DNA of 64,000 bases from Eledone cirrhosa (lineage: Eukaryota): assembly GCA_964016885.1 (NCBI GenBank), contig OZ024751.1, forward strand, positions 27,838,001 through 27,902,000, given 5' to 3'. Below, piece after piece: positions 53,560 to 64,000 of the stretch (positions within the stretch are counted from its first letter, which is position 1; every line of letters begins with the position of its first letter). The position numbers and the translations under genes are program-made. The notes beneath the pieces are model-generated. The model did not search any database. It was not told the DNA's origin and was given only the letters and a program-made list of their open reading frames with translations.

Positions 53560-54380
53560 CAGGGTGCGGACGATTACTGTCTAAGAAAAAATAACACAGT
53601 AGTTTTATTTTTTAAGATATATTTATCAAACCTGGGTCAGTTTGTCTTCATGGCTTGTTCTTTTGATCTCACTCGATAAACCTGTCACAGGCCTTCGTCA
53701 TTGTCTCCCAACTTAAGCTCCTAAAGGCACTTGTGATCCTGGCCTTCAGATCGTCTTTCATATTGCAGCTAGATCTATTGGTGTCTTGTTCCACTGCACC
53801 CCACACAAAGAAGTCGAGGGGGTTGCAGTCAGGCGAGCTGGGAGGCCAGATGTCAGGTGAAGTGTGGTCGACGAAGTTCTCTGACAGCCAGGCTTGGGTC
53901 TTTCGGCTGGTATGGCAGGGCGCTGAGTCTTGCTGCCACACGTACGGCCTACCTGCAGCTACCTGGTTGATCCAGGGCTTTACTACCTCGCTCAGAATGC
54001 GGATGTAGCCATCGGTGTTCAGCTTGAGGCCCTCAGGGAAGAAGTGAGGTGGCATGACGTAACCTTGACTGATGACGACACCTAAGACCAATGTTGTCGC
54101 TGGAAACTGTCTGCATGACTCTGGATGAGACAACGAGCCACCTGTTGTTCTGGGAGTTGATCTTCTGGTCTTATTTGTCCTCCCGGCGCAGATTCCAAGA
54201 AGAACTCCGTGTCTCTTCCACAAATTTGGAGGTTCAAAATTATTTATAATCAATTATTCTGAAAATAAATAATGGAAATATAGTCACTGTTTTTATGAAG
54301 ACAAGAGTGACAACGGAAGTAAAAAAAATTTGCATAAAATTAGCAGTTGAAAATTGTGAACAAATATTGTCCGCACCCTG
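53560..54380 (-). mobile_element. Tc1/mariner DD37D (maT-type) transposon, internally deleted
   Basis: TIRs CAGGGTGCGGAC/GTCCGCACCCTG with TA on both sides; ORF 53669-54253 has QQDSAPCH...WPPSSPDCNPLD with 37 residues between the second and third Asp. Confidence 0.9.
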
Positions 54381-54384
54381 TATA

Positions 54385-54622
54385 TCATCATCGTCATCAT
54401 CATTTTACGTCCGCTTTTCATTGCTTGCAAGGGTGGGACGGGAACTGATTCTGGCTTGATTTCTACAGCTGGATGCCCTTCCTAACACCAACCTCATTTA
54501 CAGTGAGTGCTGGGTGCATTTTTTCGGTGGCACCTCCACGACCACTTTGTAGTGGAATGATAGGGACCCCAGTCCCTATCATCTCATTTCTACAGCTGAG
54601 TAAACTGGAGCAATGTGAAATA
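54385..54622 (-). mobile_element. SINE 3' part (RTE-tailed family)
   Basis: Near-identical reverse complement of 61597-61820. Confidence 0.88.
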
Positions 54623-54752
54623 GAGCAGATATAGGTTCTGTGTATATTTAGCTTGGAATAGATACACCATATCATTGCATATTTATAAGAGCCTGTTATT
54701 GAGCCTGCAAGGCTGATCCCTGCTTTAGCAGAGGAAATGACCTTAAATGCTT

Positions 54753-54832
54753 GTTGTATGTATTGTAGGCATATGATGTAGTTTATATATATATATATAT
54801 AAACTACATCATATGCCTACAATACATACAAC
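54753..54832. repeat. 80-bp perfect palindrome centred on (TA)n
   Basis: gttgtatgtattgtaggcatatgatgtagtt(ta)n aactacatcatatgcctacaatacatacaac. Confidence 0.93.
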
Positions 54833-54901
54833 TATCCAGGAAAAACTTGAACCGTGAAGATCTTCTTCCTGGCTATGTCAATATTTATAAAACAAACTTT
54901 G

Positions 54902-54964
54902 TATTTTATCTGATGAGAGTGTACCAAAGTGTTGGTACCCTTGAAATATATATATAATAGAATA
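54902..54964 (+). ncRNA. Type I hammerhead ribozyme motif (family A), sense to the BICRA intron
   Basis: tattttat-CTGATGA(54910)-gagtgtaccaa agtg ttggtaccctt-GAAA(54943) tatatata TA(54956)-atagaata. Confidence 0.75.
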
Positions 54965-55007
54965 AATATGGTTTTATAAATATAGTTTCCATTTATTTAA
55001 TATGATT

Positions 55008-55040
<33 letters not shown>

Positions 55041-55139
55041 ATGTGTATGTGTAGCTCAAGATTAAAAAAGGAATATATAAATGTGTGTAAGTGTATATAT
55101 GTATATGTGTGTGTACATATATGTATGTTTGTGTGAATG

Positions 55140-55269
55140 TGTTTAATATAGAAATGACTTCTACAGGACTAGAACTGTTTCTTTCGAAGGAAATCATCGG
55201 GAAAGCCCCTGATGATTTCCAACGAATGAAACAATTCTAGTCCTGTAGAAGGCATTTCTATATTAAACA
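55140..55269. ncRNA. Inverted pair of hammerhead-like motifs (family C)
   Basis: + CTGATGA(55209) tttccaacgaat GAAAC aattcta GTC; - CCGATGA tttc cttc gaaa GAAAC agttcta GTC; ~60-bp arms; stem I unclear. Confidence 0.45.
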
Positions 55270-55464
55270 TTTATACTCTATTATGTAGTTTCCCCTGATT
55301 GAACTTGGTATATATTATATATATATATATATATGCAAAAGTTCTATTTAAATTGTTGGGATACAACAAGCAAATATTTTTATAACTGATATAAAGCACT
55401 CAACAAGTATTTGGAGTAAACATACGATATTAACAAATGGAAACTATATTTATAAAACCATATT

Positions 55465-55529
55465 TATTTCATTATACATATTTCAAGGACACCAAGTTAA
55501 ATTATGGTGTGCTTTCATCAGACAAAATA
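55465..55529 (-). ncRNA. Type I hammerhead ribozyme motif (family A)
   Basis: Reverse strand tattttgt-CTGATGA-aagcacacca..tggtgtcctt-GAAA tatgta TA-atgaaata; element spans about 55335-55620 between (TA)n tracts. Confidence 0.75.
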
Positions 55530-55778
55530 TAATATAGATCAGTTTTATAAATAAATATTGACATACCCTTAAAAAATGCAACCATTACTGTTGGAAGCTC
55601 CCGGATAGTGGAGTTGTTTATATATATATAGTCTGTATTTCACACCACAAATACATACTCATATATCTACACAAAGCTTGATATAATATATGAATTTTAT
55701 AAGTGATTACAAACCAAGATGATGGTAATTAATATTTGGTTTCTGTTCTTTCGATTGTTGGCGTTGCCACTGTTACAG

Positions 55779-56428
55779 GATGCTTCTCTCTCAGCTGACA
55801 ACCAAATTACCGAAAATGATTTCAAATGGACCGAGGAAGAATTTCTCTCATCCACTTTAGGAACATCGGAAAACGATTGCAGTGATCCTTCATCCCTCAT
55901 CAAGTTTCAGGCGTTGATATCAACCCCTCAGTCCCAAAGTCAGTCGCCGTCAGTGGTAACAGTAGCGTCAGCGACATCAGCAGCAGTATCACAGTCAACA
56001 CAACAGCCACCTCCTGCAACTTCCTTACCACCACCACCACTGCCACCTCCTCCGCCGCCACCACCTCAACAGCAACAGCAACAACAACAAATATCACAAC
56101 AACCACCACCGTCAGCAGCCACTCTACCACCACCACCACCACCTCCTCCTCCACCGCCACCACAACCACAACCATCCTCATCGTTGCCGGCCCAGGCAAC
56201 CGTTGCTGCCTTAGCAACTGCCCCCGAGATAAGCCAGTCGTCTGTTGTAACCACAACACCCTCCATTAGTTCAGTCGCTGGTGCACAGCAGGTTACTGCC
56301 CTTTTGTCGCCCCACTCAGCCAACTTCGGACAAGTGCAGCTTGTTCAACCAGGATGCAGCTCAGGACTTACTCAAGACCAGAAATCCACTTATCAAAATT
56401 TTGCACCTCTCGGCAACGTTGGTCAGGG
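55779..56428 (+). CDS. BICRA: BICRA/GLTSCR1-family protein, coding exon 3 (acidic, then Ser/Pro/Gln-rich)
   Basis: ttacAG|GAT GCT... in phase 0 with exon 2; 650 nt open, GC-rich; DASLSADNQITENDFKWTEEEFLSS...polyP/polyQ; donor GG|gtaggt just before the ORF stop. Confidence 0.8.
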
Positions 56429-56767
56429 GTAGGTTTATACTTTATTCAATTTCTTTTTATTCCTTTTTTTTTTTTTGTTTTTCCACAGCCGAAGCTCAAC
56501 ATAAGTAGGTTAACCCTTTTCTTACTAAATCTCTAATGATAGACACTGCCTATGATTTTCAAATTGTTTTGAAAATAATCAAGAATTTGGAAGGAATTAG
56601 TAAAATAACATTCTCATCTTGGAAATTCAACCAAAATCTTAAGTTATCAATTTGTTTTGGAAATAGTGAAGAATTTGGAGGGATTTAGTAAAATAACTAA
56701 CTTTCTGAATTTCTTGGAAATTCTACTAAAATCTAAGTTGTTTTAACGTTTTCAATACCAACCCACA

Positions 56768-56985
56768 TTAACCCTTTAATGTTAAAACCGGCCAGAATTC
56801 TCTACCTCTTTCTGTTGAAACTGGCTGTAACTGGTTGCTCAAACTGATGTTACGGTATTGTTCTCAAAATAAATACTTTCAAAATCTCATAGATTCGATA
56901 TTATGTGAGATAATTATGTGAGGTAAAGCCTTTACCATCAAAATATAATAGTATATATAATATAATGTGAATGCTAAAGGGTTAA
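56768..56985. mobile_element. piggyBac-like MITE family 2 nested in a family 1 copy (56744-57220)
   Basis: TTAA|CCCTTTAATGTT...AATGCTAAAGGG|TTAA; family 1 body resumes after it. Confidence 0.75.
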
Positions 56986-58071
56986 ACCTCTGATTCTTTG
57001 ATATAAAACTTTGTTTTCAAGTGTTTATATATTTTTCTAAAAACTTTCCAACATGATTTTATGGAAGGGTTTTAGTTAAGTCTCACTTCGAAACACCAGC
57101 TTAACAATGACAAAGTTAAGTTGTATTGCTAATTCCTTCCAAATTCTTGATGATTTTCAAAATTATTTGAAAATCATAGACAATGTCTTTTTATTATGAA
57201 TATGGTAACAAAAGGGTTAATGTTATAGAAATATTAAGAAAAAGAGTTAATGTTATATTTCTAAATCCCTCCAATTTTTTAATAATTTTCAAAATTATTT
57301 GAAAATCCCAAGCAGTGTCCTTCATTGTTAATCTTATAAGACAGCAAGTAACAGCATGTCCTTAAGTTATATTAAAATATTTTAAGAAGTGGTTTCACTC
57401 TATTTCCTTTACGGTGGATACAATATGTCTGTTACTACTTTAATATCAAGAAGATACTGATCAGGAAAGGGTTAGCTCAGGATGGTTTTGTACATGTCAC
57501 TTGTCTCTTGTGTCCTTATCTTTCTGTCTCTGCATGTACCCACACACAAACACACTCACACAGACATACACACACATACGTGTGTATGTGTGCTTTGCTT
57601 TAGCTGTCTTGTCATTGCTGATTATGATAATGGCTCTGGCCCTCTCGTTGCTGTTCGGGAGTAAGCATGCATGTGTGCATGCATGTGTGCATGCATGTGT
57701 GCATGCATGTGTGCATGCATGCAAGCAGATGCAGAAGCAGCAGCTCCTGAAATGTGAGGCACATGTGTGCAAATGCTGGGGCCCACTTTGGTTGGTACTG
57801 TGTTGGTCTTTCTGTTGCCAGTGCACACCTGGCATTGAGTGCCTCTACACCAGCACGAGTGACCAAACACCAGCTGCTACTGTCACAAACCAAATCATCC
57901 CATTGTGCTTGTGAAGTCTTGCACAACTTGAGCAATTGTCTCAATTGATTACATACACATGTGAGTGTTTGTGCACACACACACACACACACATACATAT
58001 ACATATATACTTGCATGCATGCACACTTATATACATACACATATCACACATACACATCATACATTATTCAT

Positions 58072-58625
58072 ATCATCATCATCATCATCATCATTTTACG
58101 TCTGCTTTTCCCTGCTTGCAAGGGTGAGACAGGTCCTATTCAGCACAGCATCTCTCCACTTGTCACGGTCCTTCGTCATCTCCTCCGTGAGCTTCAGCAA
58201 TCTGAGGTCTGCTCTCACCACCTCCGCCCATGTTTTTCGTGGTCTTCCTCTACTGTGTCTTCCTTTTACTGGCATTTCTTGACACTTCTTTACTTAGCGG
58301 TCATCCTCCATGCGCATCACATGTCCATACCATTACAATCTTCTCTCCCACACACTACAATTTGTCCCTCTTAAACACAGCTTCTCTCTCAACACATCCA
58401 TGCTCGGTCGCTCACGCACATTGACATTGCACATCCAACGGAGCATGCTTGCTTCATTTCTCTCCAGCCGTCGCATATCCTCTGCAGTTGCTGCCCATGT
58501 CTCACTACCATGCATCATCGCGCACAGGCATCATATAACTGGCCTTTCGTACGCAGAGAGAAACCCTTCTTTGTCAGCAGAGGAAGCAGCTCCCTAAACT
58601 TCTTCCAACCCGTCTTTATTCTAGA
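58072..58625 (-). mobile_element. RTE LINE 3' fragment (same family as 27290-30468)
   Basis: Reverse ORF MHGSETWAATAEDMRRLERNEASML is essentially identical to the 30006 ORF; (ATG)n tail. Confidence 0.93.
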
Positions 58626-58898
58626 TACATACGTATGCACACATACACACATATGTACATATGCACACATACCTGACATACAAACTCTCATTTACTATAC
58701 ATATTTTTTAATTCCTATGTATAATGTTGATAATTTGTGGTTGTATATTACAGTGGAAAGCCTTGATAAATTACAATTTTAAACCCCCCCTCTCCGTTTA
58801 GAAGTTAAGGGATTAATCCCATGCTTTAGTGCGGGGTTGGGGTGGGGTGGGGGTGGGGGTGTTCTTCTTTGAAGAGCTTCTGAGAGTTTCTTACCACT

Positions 58899-59235
58899 TT
58901 AACCCTTTTGATACCAAACTGCTTAAAACTGCCTTTGGTTCTGTGATACTAAACTGTTTGTTTTTAAAGTGTTTACATTTCTCTAAAAACCTTCCATCAA
59001 AAATTTTATATAAGAACCTTTGTTAAGTTATGTTCCACATACCAGTGTAATAAGGCAAACATTAATTATATCTCTAAATTCATCTAAATTATCAAATATA
59101 ATAATTTTATGAAGAATCTTTAGGTTATGCTTCAAACATTAGTACAGTCATGGACAAAATTACTTATCTAACTAAATCCATCCACATTTATTATTTGAAA
59201 ATTATACATTAGAAATGTGGTAATGAAAGGGTTAA
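58899..59235 (+). mobile_element. piggyBac-like MITE family 1
   Basis: TTAA|CCCTTTTGATACC...GGTAATGAAAGGG|TTAA. Confidence 0.78.
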
Positions 59236-59519
59236 AAAAATCAATATATCTAATGAAGATCTAACCCCACTCAATACATTTGTTGCATGGACATACTAAC
59301 ATTTATTGACTTGTGTTTAACTTCTTCCTTTCTTAAGACTGCTATATTTCTTGCTAAAACATGCTGGCTAAAACCTTCCTTTCCATGTTAAACCTGTCTA
59401 TAATCTAAAGTTTGTTAATATTTGTCACTTAGCAGTAAGAACAACTACAAAATAATTTCTTTCATTCTCTCTGATGGCTCACTAGAAATTGTTTTATAAC
59501 TGCTATTAACTAAGTGAGT

Positions 59520-59770
59520 TGAAGAGCTGTGGTGGAATGTGTTCTGAAAGTATCGTAACGAGAATAAGAATGAGGTGGAAACAAATTCAAGGAACAGTTA
59601 CTTCTGTTGGCAAAAAAGGGATTAATTCTCCCACTAGGTGCAAGGCACATTTTATGATGCTTACATATAAAGTGCAATATTGCATGGTAGCAAGACAGGA
59701 AATATATGTTGAGGATGTGTGAAATCTGGAAAAAATGGAGCAAGCATGCTCTGCTGTTTATGCATGATGA
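59520..59770 (+). mobile_element. Old RTE fragment
   Basis: KSCGGMCSESIVTRIRMRWKQ resembles the LINE's GGGCSEAIVSRIRTGWKKF. Confidence 0.65.
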
Positions 59771-60716
59771 AAGAAATATCTCCAAATTTTTGATTGAAAT
59801 TTTTACAGCTCACACTTATGCAGGTTTAATTGGCCTCCTATGATGTTGCATGCAATAGGAATTTTCTTCGGTGTTTTAATGAAAAGCAACCATGAAAAGC
59901 AACGTGAAAGCTTACTCAAGAACACAGCGTGTTTTTGCCATATCAGCTGGATATGTAATGATGTGCATGTATGATGAAAGTTATGTTACTAAATCCCTCC
60001 AAATTCTTGATTATTTAAAAATATTTGAAGATCATACAACAGGGTCTTTCATTAGAAATATAGTAAGAAAAGGGGCCTGAATATGACACAGTCTTGTTTC
60101 CCTTCCTCTATAAAGCTGAGACCTTGTATTTGTATTAAAAAATGAATGAATGAATCCCTTGCTCATAGATATAGGTCAGGAACCTCAGACACAATTACCA
60201 TTCTTAAACTATTTGGGCCTCTCCTTACCTGATTTACTGTTGGAGTTGACTCCTTTAATCTTAGCCTCTACAAAGGCTCTCACAGGCAGTAAGGGTTCAT
60301 GTTCGGAGTTGCTTTTCTAATCTGCCTACCTTTCATAGCTGCTGAGCCGAGATCACTTCTATCTAGTTATACTACACAGGGATTTAGTGTCCAGTGTGCT
60401 ATTAGACCACTTGGAGTGAGGCAGCAATCAGCTTCTGTTAAATCATGTCTCTCAGTGTATTGGAATAACATTTTCTGAGAAACAGTAGATGATGCTCTGT
60501 CCAGTATTGAAATAACATTTCATTTAATCATTTCACTTTATTTTCAAAAAGACAGTGGGTAGTGGTATGTCCAGTTTTCAGATAATATTCCTTTCAATCT
60601 TCAATAACAAACAGTATGCCTGGTATTGCAATCTGATATATATTTCTTTAAATTGTGGATAATGGTATGTTTCAAATATTATTGATTTTAAAAAGAATCA
60701 TTTATTTGGGATTATA

Positions 60717-60752
<36 letters not shown>

Positions 60753-61492
60753 CATATAAACTGAATTTTAGTGTAGCTGTTTGTCCTGCTTTTGGCTGCT
60801 TTTTTCTGCTTGTTTTATCCTTGATACTCCTTGTTACTCCTTCCTTGTTGTTCCTAGTGCTAGTGTCTTTTGTTAGAAATATAGTAATGAATGGGTTCAG
60901 GCAGCTGCTGTATTTTGGTATGTTAGTACTAATCTTATTTAACTTCTTCCTCTCTTCCTTCTCCTCCTCCCTTACTACACCTGAGAGGTGGAGGCTTCCA
61001 CTGTTTGATTCATTGATAAGTTTCAAGAATATAATCCTCAAAATAGTAACTGCTGGCAGCTGCCACCCAGTCTGCCCTGAGGAGGTTAATGCATTCATTT
61101 CTAAATGAATTCTTTGCAAAATTCAGTCCATTTCCATTGAAGAAATTTCAGTTTTTTAAAGACATATATTTTTTTAAATGTGAACTCCCGCTTTTGTTAT
61201 CTCCTCCCTTCATTATTATTCCTTTTATCATCATCATCATCGTCGTTGTCATCATCATCAGTTTTACATTCGTTTCCCCCCACTCCCTTAGGCAAGATTT
61301 TTTTGAGGTAAAATTCTATGGCCTGATACCTTTCCTGAGGCCAACCCTTGTATTTTAAGTAAAGTACAATGTCTAGCCACTGAGCAGTGGGCTTTTTGTT
61401 TATGCAGAACATAAACAAATATCATTGCCCGCAAAGTCGAATGCAAAGAGACACAGACACACGCACACACACACACATCCATATATATACAT

Positions 61493-61843
61493 GGAGGCAC
61501 ATGGCTTAGTGGGTAGAGCATTGACCTTTCAATCGAAAGGTTGTGAGTTCAATTCTCAGACCGGGTGATGTGTGGTTTCCTTGAGCAAAACACTTTATTT
61601 CACATTGCTCCAGTTTACTCAGCTGTAGAAATGAGATGATAGGGACTGGGGTCTATATCATTCCACTGCAAAGTGGTCGTGGAGGTGCCACGGCAAAAAA
61701 GCACCCAGCACTCACTGTAAATGAGGTTGGTGTTAGGAAGGGCATCCAGCTGTAGAAATCAAGCCAGAATCAGTTCCCGTCCCACCCTTGCAAGCAGGGA
61801 AAAAGCGGACGTAAAATGAAATGATGATGAAATGGTGATGATG
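61493..61843 (+). mobile_element. Full-length tRNA-head SINE with CORE-like domain, RTE-5'UTR-derived body and RTE 3' tail
   Basis: A box tggcttagtgg, B box gagttcaattc, ccttgagcaaaacacttt core, ggtgcc..aaaaaagcacc..ggttggtgttaggaagggcatcc, and a 3' end matching LINE 30418-30468. Confidence 0.9.
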
Positions 61844-62189
61844 CACTTAAAAGAAGTAGTGTGTGTGTGCGTGTGTATTTGTGTTTGATGAAAACTAATT
61901 CAAAGCTATTCTAATACTTCAAACTTTAACAATATTTACAAAGGCCAAATTATTTATTTTTTCCTTTATTTTCAAATTTTTTTTTTGTGTGAACTTTTTG
62001 GCTTCTTGGAATTTTCTCAAAGTGTCTCCCTTCCAGCTTGCTCTGTGTCCATGATGTTTGATGTCTCCCAGGCTCAACTACCTATTGTTGTTGTCGTTGT
62101 TGTTCTTGTTGTTATTGTTAAGGTGAGTATCCTGCTACAGCTGACTGCCTCTTCTTAATGTCTGCTAACCGCCTTCTCCCCAGAGCATT

Positions 62190-62490
62190 TAAAGCTATTT
62201 TTCATGGTCTACCTGCTACTTTTCATGGCATACCTCCTACTTTTCATGGCCTACCTGCTACTTTTCATGGTCTACCTGCTATTTTCATGGCATACTTCCT
62301 ACTTTTCATGGGCTAGCCACTATTTTTCATGGCCTACCCGCTATTTTTCATGGCATACCTGCTAGTTTTCATGGTATATCTGCTACTTTTCATGGCATAC
62401 CTGCTAATTTTCATGGCATACCTGCTAATTTTCATGGCATACCTGCTAATTTTCATGGCATACCTGCTAATTTTCATGCTATACCTGCTG
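62190..62490. repeat. 21-bp minisatellite, about 14 copies
   Basis: Unit ttttcatggcatacctgctaa. Confidence 0.92.
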
Positions 62491-62639
62491 TCCAAAAAGC
62501 CTCCTTTTTCTTTTCTATATTCAGTAGCAACTCCTGATTTATACTGTAAAGCTTTATGGCAAGTCTTTTTTATTATTATCATTATTAAGAATTGTTAATA
62601 AAGAAATTATTATTAATAATTAACTAAATTATTATTTAA

Positions 62640-62832
62640 AATGGCTGGAATGTGAGACAAAAGGCTGTTCTGGTTGTTTACGCTCTGAGTTCAAATCATG
62701 CAGAGATTAGCTTTGCCTTTCAACCTTATAGTGTCAATAAAATAAAGTACCAGTAATGCACTGGGGTCGATTTAATCGACTTTCCCCTCCCCCTCAAATC
62801 GTTGGCCTTGTGCCTAAAGTAGAAACAATTAT
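62640..62832 (+). mobile_element. tRNA-derived SINE (second family)
   Basis: B box gagttcaaatc, ctttgccttttca..gtcaataaaataaagtaccag, ends ggccttgtgcctaaagtagaaacaattatt. Confidence 0.72.
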
Positions 62833-64000
62833 TATTTAAAGCCAGACCTCAATGGTGTTTCACTGACTTTTGCCACTTATTGTTTTTTATTTTGCTACTA
62901 CTACTACTACTGCTACATTTGCTGCTGCTGCTCTACTACTACTACTACTCTTTTACATTTTTTATATTTCCATTCCAGGTAGACTTTTTATCTTAGATCA
63001 GTTCTTGATATTTTGGGGGGTTCTTCAATTCTTGGTTGAGCTTTTGTGAGTGTCTTATGTGTTTAGTGGTTTAGAAAAAATAGCTATTTATTTTTCTTCT
63101 CTTCCTTCCATTTCCCTGGTTTATATTTTCCAGGGGTTATTGCTTAGCTTATATACTCAATATATTCCTTTTAAATGGGATCCATTGATATTACAGAACC
63201 ATTTCGATTTAAGTAATTTTTTATCTCTTCGTTTGAGACCCATAACTCTTGAAGTTCTTGGGTTTCTATAGTGGCATAAAGCAGTGCTTGGGCTTCTTTT
63301 TTTTTTTTAAATCTGGTAGAGCCAACTACCTCCCCAGATCTGAACACAGCTGATTTCTTTCAAAGAAGGAGAGAAAGAGAGAGTGTGTGCAATAGAAAGG
63401 AAGAAGCAACTCCAATATTGGACTGGTACTTATTTTTTTTAATAACCTCGAATGGATGAAAGGCAAAGTTGACTTCGAGTGGATTTGACCTCAGAAAGCT
63501 GGAACAAATACCGCAAAGCATTCTATCTGACATTCTAACAACTCTGCCAATTTTCCACCATAAATATATTATTATATTTCAATGGAAATCAATGTGTCCA
63601 GTATATTTTTATACACCAATTATTAGAAACTTAACTAAACACCTTTTTTTTCTGTACATCATATAACACTAAAGATTCTTCTTCTATATTTCTTCCTCCC
63701 CCCCCGTCTCTCTCTGTTCTCTGGAAGAAATCAGCTGTGTCTTAATCTAGAGAAGGGTTGGGCTTTCTTAGTTTTAAAGTGCCCAAGACACACTGTGACT
63801 TGAAGGCTCTCCAATAGAAATACAGAATGAGATAAGGTTGTCATGTCCTTATTGCATTTCATAGTTGATGTTGATACAGGTTCTTCTGGGGAGTGGGGTA
63901 TGTGTGAATTAAGTCTTGGCAGAAAGAAAGGCTGGAGTGTAGTGATGTAAAATATAATATTGTGTGTCATCTATATAGCAGTGAATACATTATCGTCATT

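Noticed and set aside
55719-55778. Signal-peptide-like start MMVINIWFLFFRLLALPLLQ
   Set aside because: It is the translated polypyrimidine tract and acceptor of intron 2; the real N-terminus comes from upstream exons.
60712-61119. 135-aa (-) and 95-aa (+) ORFs as a further exon
   Set aside because: No recognisable homology, includes MITE-end and polyA sequence, and no convincing phase-compatible splice sites.
61493-61565. tRNA gene
   Set aside because: A and B boxes are present, but it is the head of a SINE continuing into core and LINE-derived tail; no proper acceptor stem.
62037-62128. Possible BICRA exon 4 ending AAG|gtgagt
   Set aside because: The phase-compatible readings give either a stop or a (TTG)n-derived poly-Leu; not credible.

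Overview
AT-rich, repeat-dense eukaryotic (animal) genomic DNA. The repeat landscape suggests an octopus or other coleoid cephalopod (inference). The only host gene I can support is the 5' part of a BICRA/GLTSCR1-family (ncBAF subunit) gene on the + strand: two tiny coding exons absent from the ORF track (52534-52568, 53241-53286; MEDGRCLLDVIGDPKLLNEFLKDGTDV) splice in frame to a Pro/Gln-rich exon (55779-56428), and the gene continues beyond what I can trace. The rest is intronic or intergenic: a near full-length decayed RTE LINE with a PHD-like finger inserted after the RT motif, several RTE fragments, tRNA-headed SINEs sharing the RTE 5' and 3' ends, a DD37D (maT-type) mariner derivative, piggyBac-like and hAT-like MITEs, minisatellites and microsatellites. 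The most striking feature is not in the ORF track: about 13 well-formed and several degenerate minimal type I hammerhead ribozyme motifs (CUGANGA...GAAA...UH) of about 5 sequence families. They lie in short non-coding elements mostly inserted in (TA)n tracts, often as head-to-head palindromes (up to 338 bp perfect) and nested inside each other. One is attached to a Penelope-like GIY-YIG C-terminal remnant, which suggests non-autonomous ribozyme-bearing Penelope/retrozyme-like elements. A covarying H-type pseudoknot module from the RTE 5' UTR/SINE body has also been amplified into minisatellites. All structures were read by eye; no folding or database searches were run.
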